A DNA stretch of 64,000 nucleotides from Verrucomicrobiota bacterium (lineage in GTDB: Bacteria; Verrucomicrobiota; Verrucomicrobiia; Opitutales; Coraliomargaritaceae), in the NCBI GenBank assembly GCA_039815375.1, contig JBCBZJ010000013.1, positions 1-64,000 of the forward strand, in the 5' to 3' direction. How positions within the stretch are numbered: the first letter of the stretch is position 1; every line of letters begins with the position of its first letter. The notes beneath the pieces are model-generated. The model made no database searches. It was given only the letters and a program-made list of their open reading frames with translations, and was not told the DNA's origin. The translations under genes were made by a program, and so were the position numbers. Below, piece by piece: positions 56,320 to 64,000 of this stretch.

Positions 56320-56802
56320 CTACATGCTCCAGAGATAGCTTTGTTCTTCAGCCAGGATGTTTTCGTTGGCGTCCTTGATCGTGAATCGCCAAGCCGAGGC
56401 TGCACCGCCGTCCTTCGGCCAGTCTGCTCCGGTTAGGCCGACAAAGACTTCCTTTGTTCTTGGGCGCTTGCTGGGCAGGGTGAACTCATAGGTCCGAGCA
56501 TCGGGCGAGAAAGGTGTGTAGAACTCGCCGACAATGACTGTGCCTCGGGGAAGTTTGCGAACTTTCTTGTCGAGAACCAAAGTGAAGTAGTAACCGTCGC
56601 GGACTTGCGGATCGGTGCGAATGACAAGGCGTTTCCCAAGCTTTTCGGTGCCATTCCAATATTCGCTGATGCGCATGAATTGCTCTTCCTCCATGTAGCG
56701 AGGCTTGATCTGCTTTATATCAACGGAGCTGACCGACTCTTTCGGTGATGAAGCACAGCCGAAGAGCGTGAGGCTGAGGAGGGCAAAGAGAAACGTGCGC
56801 AT
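56320..56802 (-). CDS. Hypothetical lipoprotein
   Basis: Lipobox LFGC; operon spacing. Confidence 0.65.
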   Translation of the reverse strand: MRTFLFALLSLTLFGCASSPKESVSSVDIKQIKPRYMEEEQFMRISEYWNGTEKLGKRLVIRTDPQVRDGYYFTLVLDKKVRKLPRGTVIVGEFYTPFSPDARTYEFTLPSKRPRTKEVFVGLTGADWPKDGGAASAWRFTIKDANENILAEEQSYLWSM

Positions 56803-56846
56803 GTTGCTAGATTCGGGAGCCAGCCGACCTTGTCAATAGTCGTGGG

Positions 56847-57401
56847 CTAGGCGTATTGCTTCACCAGTTCGGTGTATGCCCGAAAAGTCGGATGATCGGC
56901 ACTGCCCAGAATGCTATAGAAAATGGTTTCCGATGGCAGTATATGGGCGTCCATAGCGAGCAGCTGCTTGAAAACAGGCTCTCGGTCCTGCACCCGGCGC
57001 TGGCTTACGCAATCGCTAAGTAGAGTGACTCCCATGTCGTCGCCGAGGGCCTGAACTGCGGTCTGATAAATACAGATCGGCACTTCGATACCGATAAGAA
57101 GCAGGTGATCGATTTGATTGGCCTCTATCCATCGACTCAGCCCATCGGCCTCCATAGCTGAGAATGCGTTTTTAGAAAAAACAGGTGTGTCGTCTGTCCA
57201 GAGTTCTGTCAGGGCCTGGGTCGTTCCGCCGAGCTTTTCGGGAAACTGCTCCGTGGCTGCAATGGAAACTCCCAGTGACTCAGCGGCCTCAATCGCGAAG
57301 CCGCAACGCTGAAGAAGCGCTTCCCGGTCGGGTATGACTTTGAGAAAGTTCTCCTGCATGTCGACACAGAGTAGACCGAGGTGTTCGATTGGATTGCTCA
57401 T
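56847..57401 (-). CDS. Isochorismatase-family hydrolase
   Basis: VDMQE, TEQFPEKLG.T, K.AFSA, GIE..ICIYQT. Confidence 0.85.
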   Translation of the reverse strand: MSNPIEHLGLLCVDMQENFLKVIPDREALLQRCGFAIEAAESLGVSIAATEQFPEKLGGTTQALTELWTDDTPVFSKNAFSAMEADGLSRWIEANQIDHLLLIGIEVPICIYQTAVQALGDDMGVTLLSDCVSQRRVQDREPVFKQLLAMDAHILPSETIFYSILGSADHPTFRAYTELVKQYA

Positions 57402-57416
57402 GGGATTGAAAAAGGG

Positions 57417-58097
57417 TCAAACTGGATTAGGAAGACGTTTGCTGTGGGCGTAGGCTTTTTTAGCCCGGACTTGGACGAGGCTTTGATCGTCGGTTATGTA
57501 AGCAGTGAGATGTCCTCCGTAGACGCAACCTGTATCAATGCCAATGGATCCGGGGTGTTTGAGGACGGACGGTCGGGGGGTGTGGCCGTAGATTACGAAG
57601 GGTTTTCCGGGCCAAACGTCTGCCCAGGACGGAGCGTCCGGCGCATCAGAACGTTTGGCGGAAGAGCCGTCTCTATCGATTACCTGTATGGTGGTAATGA
57701 TGTCGATATCCTGTTTTTGCCAGGGTTGGTCTGGTAGGAAGCCACCGTGAACCATGACGGTATCGCTGGTATTGCCGTATTTGAACTTCGACAGGCTGCC
57801 CAGATAGTCCCAGTCCTCATCACTGAGCTGGGCCATGGTTGCATAATCATAGTCCTTAACCAGGTCGAGCCGGCCTTCGCGTTTTATCCGCAGCAGCCTC
57901 AGTTCATGGTTACCAAGGATCGCCTCGACCTTGTATTCGCGGGCGAGGCGAATCACGCGTTGGCTTTCGGGCCCTCGATTCACGAGGTCGCCGAGCTGCA
58001 CAACCCGGTCTTTCGGCTTGAGCTTTAAAGCCTTGAGGAGCTCTTCAAACTCATCCGCGCAGCCGTGGACATCTCCGATGGCAATGGTTCTGGACAT
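57417..58097 (-). CDS. Metallophosphoesterase (PrpE/ApaH-like)
   Basis: IGDVHGC, GDLVNRG, GNHE, VHGG, YGHTP, IDTGCVYGG. Confidence 0.9.
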   Translation of the reverse strand: MSRTIAIGDVHGCADEFEELLKALKLKPKDRVVQLGDLVNRGPESQRVIRLAREYKVEAILGNHELRLLRIKREGRLDLVKDYDYATMAQLSDEDWDYLGSLSKFKYGNTSDTVMVHGGFLPDQPWQKQDIDIITTIQVIDRDGSSAKRSDAPDAPSWADVWPGKPFVIYGHTPRPSVLKHPGSIGIDTGCVYGGHLTAYITDDQSLVQVRAKKAYAHSKRLPNPV

Positions 58098-58263
58098 TTA
58101 CAATAGGTTAGCACTGTGAGGAGTGACCGAGGTTTGTTCCGTCTTCTTTGGCTGCAAGTTTTTTTGAGCCTTTGGGGCATTATTTCAGTGGAGGTGCATC
58201 GACCGACTGGTTTTAGTTGCAACATGATAGTCGCATCTCAGTCTCAAGTGACGGTAATATCTC

Positions 58264-58761
58264 ATGGATTGGCAGATCAAAACCCTCTCTCGTAAGTCCT
58301 CGCATTCGGGCAATGCATTTCAGCCCGGTGACAAGGCGGTATCGCTTGTTTATGTCGACGATGCGGCCGGCGAGCTCGGACGGGCCGATTTGCTGGCATC
58401 GGAATTAGAAGAATACGAACTTCCCGGTCCGATCCTGGGACGCTGGACCCGTGTGATGAAGGATCCGGATGACGAGTCTGCAGGCGCGAGTGATACTCTG
58501 GCCTCAGCAGAGGATTTCTTCTTTTCCCTTTTTGAGAACGAAGCGACTCAACCAAACGAGGAATCAGAGATAATAAAGCATCTACTTGCGCTCTTTTTGG
58601 AGAGGAAACGGGTTTTACGTGCCATCGCTCCAAGACAAACCATTGGCTCTCAGCGTTACCTTCATGTAAAAACCAAACAGGAGATCAATGTTACGGTTTC
58701 TGAAATCTCGCGTGATTTGATGCTTAAGATCGAAGACACCCTCGGCGATATCATGTTTTAA
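58264..58761 (+). CDS. Hypothetical protein
   Basis: 165-aa ORF, first of a co-oriented trio. Confidence 0.65.
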   Translation: MDWQIKTLSRKSSHSGNAFQPGDKAVSLVYVDDAAGELGRADLLASELEEYELPGPILGRWTRVMKDPDDESAGASDTLASAEDFFFSLFENEATQPNEESEIIKHLLALFLERKRVLRAIAPRQTIGSQRYLHVKTKQEINVTVSEISRDLMLKIEDTLGDIMF

Positions 58762-58770
58762 TCGGTAGCT

Positions 58771-59262
58771 ATGAAGAACGGAATTTTTTTGACCATTCTG
58801 GCGCTAGTTCTCCTTTCGGGTTGCAGGAAGGATGATGTAGATTTGGACAATCTGAAGGTGCCGCGGCTGATGATCGAGTCGAGGGGGGTGAATTACGGTA
58901 ACCTCAGTGGCGATATCGTGGGACTGCCCGTCAGTGGAACGCGTATTACTCTTCAGAAGGAGCCTTTGGTTAACGAGTTCGACATTATGAATGTCGAGTT
59001 GGTTAAGGTCGAGATGGGTCTGGCTCTTTTAATACAGATGAATGATAAGGGCTCCAGAGCACTCTATCGCGGCACAGTTACAAATATGGGCGGACGTATC
59101 GTCCTCACGGTCAATGGAAACCCGATCGGGGCCAGACGTATCGACGGAGCGATTCAGGATGGTAATCTCTATACCTTTGTAGAGATTGATGATGATGAGA
59201 TTGGTCAGCTTGTGCTTGATTTGAAAGACAGCATTGAAAAGTTGAAGCTGATAGACGAGTAG
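58771..59262 (+). CDS. Lipoprotein with a SecD/F P1-head-like domain
   Basis: Lipobox LSGC; G..ALY..T..N.G.RIV..VNG...I...I..G pattern. Confidence 0.65.
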   Translation: MKNGIFLTILALVLLSGCRKDDVDLDNLKVPRLMIESRGVNYGNLSGDIVGLPVSGTRITLQKEPLVNEFDIMNVELVKVEMGLALLIQMNDKGSRALYRGTVTNMGGRIVLTVNGNPIGARRIDGAIQDGNLYTFVEIDDDEIGQLVLDLKDSIEKLKLIDE

Positions 59263-59270
59263 CCTCGATC

Positions 59271-60287
59271 ATGCCTGTGCGTATCACCACGCTTTTGTTT
59301 GGCATCATGCTTCCGCTTTGCGCGATTGCTGCCACTGCCGGCTTAACCTGGCCGACTCCGAATCCAGCCTTCCAAAAAGGAGAGCGACTAGAAGCATTTG
59401 TTCAGTCGACCGTTTCCGGCAGGGTCGAATCAGGTCTTTTCGGTTGTGTTCGGAATGGTGGGGCGAAATTTCATGAAGGACTTGATCTCTTTCCCATTAA
59501 ACGTGATGCACGCGGTGAGGCGGCGGACCCGGTTTATGCTATTCTACCGGGTCGGGTGGTTCATGTCAGTCGAACTTCAGGGCATAGCAGTTATGGACGC
59601 TATTTGATCATTGAACATGAGGGCGAGTCGCCGGCTTTTCATTCGCTCTATGCGCACATGGCATCAATCGATCCATTGATTCAGGTTGGCCGTCTTGTTG
59701 ATTCCGGCAGTATAGTTGGCGTCATGGGCAGATCGGCATCCGGCTATTCGATTCCGCGCTCACGGGCACACCTGCATCTGGAAATTGGGTTTCGGCTGAG
59801 TGATGATTTTCAGGCGTGGTATGACAGGCAGAAGTTTAAGAGTAAAAATCGGCATGGGAATTGGAATGGCATGAACCTGATGAGTGTTGATCCGCTGGGG
59901 TTTTATCAGGCAATGCGGGCTGGTGAAGTTCGCAGCTTTCAGGAGTATTTGAAGGGGTTGCCCGTTGCTGCCAGAATTCGTGTGTTTAGCGCTAAAGTGC
60001 CGGATTTTGTGCGTAACTTTCCTGCTTTGACGACTCGGTCTCACGATGCGGGACAGTTGGTTGGTTGGGATATCGCCTTCACTCAGTTTGGCGTGCCTAA
60101 AGAGTGGACCCCGCGGTTCGCCGATGAAGGCCTCAAGGGCAAAGCAGGCGAAGTCCGCTTGCTGACCTATAGCCCGGATCTTTTGGCGGATCAGAGCTGT
60201 AGGCGTGTTGTGAATCTTGGAGGTCGTATACCGTCGATTACGCCGGGAACTGTTACGATTCTGAAAAAGCTCTTTGGGTTCAGATGA
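59271..60287 (+). CDS. M23-family metallopeptidase
   Basis: HEGLD (HxxxD), YAHM, AHLHLE (HxH). Confidence 0.88.
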   Translation: MPVRITTLLFGIMLPLCAIAATAGLTWPTPNPAFQKGERLEAFVQSTVSGRVESGLFGCVRNGGAKFHEGLDLFPIKRDARGEAADPVYAILPGRVVHVSRTSGHSSYGRYLIIEHEGESPAFHSLYAHMASIDPLIQVGRLVDSGSIVGVMGRSASGYSIPRSRAHLHLEIGFRLSDDFQAWYDRQKFKSKNRHGNWNGMNLMSVDPLGFYQAMRAGEVRSFQEYLKGLPVAARIRVFSAKVPDFVRNFPALTTRSHDAGQLVGWDIAFTQFGVPKEWTPRFADEGLKGKAGEVRLLTYSPDLLADQSCRRVVNLGGRIPSITPGTVTILKKLFGFR

Positions 60288-60293
60288 CTTCCT

Positions 60294-60992
60294 TTAGAGC
60301 GCGTAGTCTTCTTTTGCGATGCAGACTACGAATTCTCCTTTCTGGCTGCCTTTGGCGACTTGGTTCAGCACCTCGGCAGCCTGCCCGGAGTAGACGGTTT
60401 CGTGCAGCTTCGTCAGTTCGCGTGATACGCTGATACTTCGATCTGGTCCGAGTGTGTGGACAAGGTCGTCGAGGAACTTTCCGATCCGGTGGCAGGATTC
60501 ATAGAGCACAATGCTGTATTCGAAATTCTGATACTTCTCAAAGAAGCGTATCCGCGCAGCACTTTTGGGAGGCAAGAATCCGGCAAAGAGAAAGCCATCG
60601 GTCGGTAGACCGGAAATCGCAATTGCAGTTGCCGCTGCGGTTGCTCCTGGCATGCAGCTCACCCGTAGATTCCGGCGTTTGCATTCGCGCACCAGGCGAA
60701 AGCCCGGATCACTTATGGCTGGCATTCCGGCGTCGGAGACCAGAGCAATGGATTCGCCTGAGGCAATCCGGTCGGCTAGCTCTGGTGCCATGCGCTTCTC
60801 ATTTTCCTCTCGATAGGAGATGAGGGCTGCAGTTTTTTCGACTCCGAGCTTACTCAGCAGTTTTCCAGTCAAACGAGTATCTTCACAGGCGATAGAATGT
60901 GCGTTCCTGAGTGCTTCAAGTGCTCTGGGAGTGTGGTCGCCAAGGTTACCGATCGGTGTAGCGACGAGAATTAGAAACCCATGGGTTGTCAT
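60294..60992 (-). CDS. rsmI: 16S rRNA C1402 2'-O-methyltransferase
   Basis: VATPIGNLGD, ACEDTR, VSDAGMPAISDPG, RELTKLHE, KGEFV. Confidence 0.95.
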   Translation of the reverse strand: MTTHGFLILVATPIGNLGDHTPRALEALRNAHSIACEDTRLTGKLLSKLGVEKTAALISYREENEKRMAPELADRIASGESIALVSDAGMPAISDPGFRLVRECKRRNLRVSCMPGATAAATAIAISGLPTDGFLFAGFLPPKSAARIRFFEKYQNFEYSIVLYESCHRIGKFLDDLVHTLGPDRSISVSRELTKLHETVYSGQAAEVLNQVAKGSQKGEFVVCIAKEDYAL

Positions 60993-61142
60993 AACTTATT
61001 CACCGATAAGGGACATATTTTTCTGGTGATTGTTTGATAGATGTTTTTATCTCCTTAAGACGATGGAAGTAGTTCATCTGAACTAAGCCCGGCCATTGAA
61101 GTACTCTCATACCCTCGCACCTATTCAGCCTGTTGCCAAGCT

Positions 61143-63176
61143 ATGTCTGATTCTGAAAAGACGATTGCCGACTTAAAGATTAGGCTGGCCGCAAGGGAGG
61201 CCGAGTTGCGGCTTCTCAGATCTCAATTTGAAGAACTTGAGCAAAATGTCGGTTCGACCACTTCCGTGGAGTCGGATCTGATGCATGAAATTCAATTTGA
61301 CGGGGCCAAACTCGCATCCGTCGGTGCCTGGAATCACAATTTGGAGACCGATCGAATCCATTGGACTGAAGAGGTTTTTAAAATCCATGCGATCGAGCCG
61401 GGCTCGGTTCCACCCCATGAGGAGTGTCTAGCGTTCTATTCGAAGAAAGATCGGGCCCGGGTTGCGGCGGCAGTAAAAAAGCTGGCAGAGGAATCAGAAC
61501 CTTATGACATGGAGTGTGACTTCATTGATGCTAAGGGCGCGCATCGGTTTGTTCATATAAAAGGGCAGGTCCACAGTAGCAAAGATGGCAAACCAACCGC
61601 CCTTTCAGGTATAATCCAAGACATTACAAATCAATATGTCATGAAGCGCGGGATGGAAGCATTCTTCACGCTGACACCTGATTTAATTGGTGCGATCGAC
61701 TATGATTCCCGCCCGGTTACGTTGAGTCCTTCTTGGCAGAGTTTGCTTGGATGGACTCAGCATGAAATGATTCACATGGGCGTAGACTGCGTGGTTCATG
61801 AGAAAGACAGACAGCCGATGGGAGTGGTGTTCAAACGCGCGATCGCTTCAGGTAAAATTGAGTCTCTCGAAAACCGTGTCGTCTCAAAGGAAGGAGAAGA
61901 GTATTGGTATTCATGGCGTCTTTTTGCCGATCCGTCGACCGAGCTGGTTTTTATTGCTGCGCGCGATCTCACTCGACAGAAAAATACAGAGAAAGCACTG
62001 AAAGATGCAAAGATTCAGTCGGAGGCGGCGAATCAGGCTAAGTCCGACTTTCTTGCCATCATGAGTCATGAACTGCGCACGCCACTGAATCCGATCCTGG
62101 GCTTTGCAGATCTGTTATTGTCGGAGCTGGAAGACCCCGAGCATCTGGAGATCCTGGACGCAATCAGCTGTGCGGGACAATGTTTGACCACTGTGATCGG
62201 TGACGTGCTTGATTTCGCTAAGATTGAATCGGGCAATGTTCAGCTCTCTGAGGATACCTTCGATCTCCAAGTAATACTCGAAAAGAGTCTGAGGTTAATG
62301 GAAGGGCAGATAAAAGTTAAGCCGGTCAAGCTTTCGATGAATTTCGAAAAGTCAGCGGATATTCCTGACGACTGTCGCTTTATCGGGGACTCCGATAAGA
62401 TTTCACAGGTTCTTTTCAATCTGCTTGATAACGCGATAAAGTTTACTGAGAAGGGTTCGGTGGTGCTTGACAGTTCTCTTGTAACGACGGGCGACGGTCG
62501 GGTGCTCTGCCATGTCGAGGTGCGCGACACCGGCATTGGTATCGCGGAGAGCTCACAAGAGACGATCTTTCAACCTTTCATCATGGGTGATAGTTCTTCG
62601 ACCCGACGCTATGGCGGGACAGGCTTGGGCTTGGCGATTAGCAAAAAGCTGGTCGAACTGATGGGCGGAACGATTAGCGCTAAAAGTGTGCTCAACAAGG
62701 GCACCTGCATGTCTTTCACGCTGCCTTTGAAATTGGAGAGGCTGGCTTCTCAGATACCGAAGTTGAGTGAAGGTGTTTCCGAGATTTTCATTGAAGGTAA
62801 GCATCACGTTTTGTTGGTGGAGGATAATGCCACTAATATTTTTTATATTCGTAGACTGATGGAGCGCATGGGTTGCGAGGTCACGAGTGTAGCAAGTGGA
62901 GAAGAAGCTATGGCCGAGTATAAGCCCGGTCTGTATGATCTGTTACTGTTGGATATTCACATGCCGGGAATGAGCGGTGTAGATGTGTTGCGGGACATAC
63001 GAGAGGATGAAGCTCAATATGGATTCACCAAGTTACCGATTGTGATGCTTACTGCCGACGTTCTTCCTGCAACGCGCCAGCAATGCATGAAGTATGGTGC
63101 CGACGGTTTTCTGATCAAGCCGGTCCGGGCGCAGGAGTTGTTCGATGCGGTCAGTCTAGTGCTTGAGAGCAATTGA
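61143..63176 (+). CDS. Cytoplasmic PAS-PAS hybrid histidine kinase/receiver
   Basis: MSHELRTPL, NLLDNAIKFT, DTGIG, GGTGLGL; C-terminal receiver VEDN...LDIHMP. Confidence 0.93.
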   Translation: MSDSEKTIADLKIRLAAREAELRLLRSQFEELEQNVGSTTSVESDLMHEIQFDGAKLASVGAWNHNLETDRIHWTEEVFKIHAIEPGSVPPHEECLAFYSKKDRARVAAAVKKLAEESEPYDMECDFIDAKGAHRFVHIKGQVHSSKDGKPTALSGIIQDITNQYVMKRGMEAFFTLTPDLIGAIDYDSRPVTLSPSWQSLLGWTQHEMIHMGVDCVVHEKDRQPMGVVFKRAIASGKIESLENRVVSKEGEEYWYSWRLFADPSTELVFIAARDLTRQKNTEKALKDAKIQSEAANQAKSDFLAIMSHELRTPLNPILGFADLLLSELEDPEHLEILDAISCAGQCLTTVIGDVLDFAKIESGNVQLSEDTFDLQVILEKSLRLMEGQIKVKPVKLSMNFEKSADIPDDCRFIGDSDKISQVLFNLLDNAIKFTEKGSVVLDSSLVTTGDGRVLCHVEVRDTGIGIAESSQETIFQPFIMGDSSSTRRYGGTGLGLAISKKLVELMGGTISAKSVLNKGTCMSFTLPLKLERLASQIPKLSEGVSEIFIEGKHHVLLVEDNATNIFYIRRLMERMGCEVTSVASGEEAMAEYKPGLYDLLLLDIHMPGMSGVDVLRDIREDEAQYGFTKLPIVMLTADVLPATRQQCMKYGADGFLIKPVRAQELFDAVSLVLESN

Positions 63177-63224
63177 TGCGCAAGCGTGGTTGTCTTTTGC
63201 TGTTCGGCTATCAATCTTCACCGC

Positions 63225-63599
63225 ATGGAAATTGAGACCTTCCCTAATCCGAGCCCTAAACGAAATTTTACGATTCAGCATATTCAGGAGGAATTTACTT
63301 CTACCTGCCCGATGACGGGGCATCCAGACTATGCGACTGTTGTTTTCAGCTACGCGCCGGATGAGATCTGTATCGAGTTAAAGTCGATGAAGCTCTACCT
63401 TCATAGCTTCCGCAACAAGGGTATTTTCTTCGAGGCTGCAACGAACAAAATTTTTGACGATCTCTACGCGGCAATTCAGCCGCGCTGGGCGCGACTCGAA
63501 ACGATCTGGCGTGGCCGCGGGGGTATTCGCTCCAATGTGGTGGTCGAAAGTCAGCAGGAAGGTTATTCGGGTCCGGTAACGGAGCCCTTCGGCGGCTAG
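63225..63599 (+). CDS. queF: preQ1 synthase (7-cyano-7-deazaguanine reductase)
   Basis: EFTSTCPMTGHPD, ELKSMKLYL.SFRN, RGGI. Confidence 0.92.
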   Translation: MEIETFPNPSPKRNFTIQHIQEEFTSTCPMTGHPDYATVVFSYAPDEICIELKSMKLYLHSFRNKGIFFEAATNKIFDDLYAAIQPRWARLETIWRGRGGIRSNVVVESQQEGYSGPVTEPFGG

Positions 63600-64000
63600 G
63601 CAATTTCGAAGACTGCCTGCAGTTCGACTGTTGTGTCTTTCGGGAGGCCGGTTACTGCAACGGCAGCACGAGTGTGTCTTCCACGTTCACCGAGAACCTC
63701 GACGAGCGTATCAGATGCTCCGTTGATGACTGCAGGGCTGTCGGGGAATCCGGGCACTGCATTGACGAAGCCGTTCAGCTGGGCAACTTGCTTGATCTGG
63801 TCGAGATCGCCGAGATGAGCCTTAGCGACGGCCAGAAGGTTTAGTGCGCAGATCCGGGCTGCAGCTTGGCCATAGGCAATGTCGTGTTCTTCTCCGACTT
63901 TTCCTGTGTGGGTCATTTCGCCAGCCACCAGGCAGATTGCGCCTGAAAGATAGAGAAGCTTTCCGGATTGATAGGCAGGCACATAGTTACCCGCAGGTGC
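63596..64000 (-). CDS. RidA/YjgF family protein (runs off the window end)
   Basis: PAGNYVP, LYLSG, VINGASD, GRHTRAAV, LP. Confidence 0.85.
   Translation of the reverse strand, partial: APAGNYVPAYQSGKLLYLSGAICLVAGEMTHTGKVGEEHDIAYGQAAARICALNLLAVAKAHLGDLDQIKQVAQLNGFVNAVPGFPDSPAVINGASDTLVEVLGERGRHTRAAVAVTGLPKDTTVELQAVFEIA

Overview
Chromosomal segment most consistent with a Verrucomicrobiota bacterium, probably Opitutia. This is an inference from a PEP-CTERM protein, the PVC 'small basic protein' and an Akkermansia-like Cas9. The housekeeping backbone (Mn/Zn ABC transporter, clpP, rpiB, nadA, dps, pal, tRNA-Ser, comM, coaE, rho, type IV pilus ATPases/pilC, ABC-F, add, 2x Fluc, psd, rsmI, queF) is interrupted by three accessory blocks. 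(1) About 14.5-29.2 kb, an antagonism block: a Tat-exported LodA/GoxA-type CTQ oxidase and its flavoprotein partner, two secreted accessory proteins, and a signal-peptide/C39-peptidase/RHS toxin followed by orphan toxin-immunity cassettes. Every toxin domain begins in frame at the same 11-bp DNA core, GCCACAAACAA (4 copies; palindromic TTTGT-NGCC-ACAAA at the orphan sites). This suggests site-specific toxin-cassette swapping and is the best candidate for an undescribed system. (2) About 29.4-36.5 kb, an AraC-linked glycoside oxidation/elimination-type sugar cluster plus a sulfatase. (3) About 45.2-50 kb, a decayed Phd/VapC pair, a tracrRNA, an apparently intact type II-C Cas9 with no cas1 and only a probable cas2 tail, and an 8-repeat/7-spacer array. 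The first 123 bp are a fold-back copy of 150-272, probably an artefact. All family calls are by-eye motif recognition; no database searches were run.
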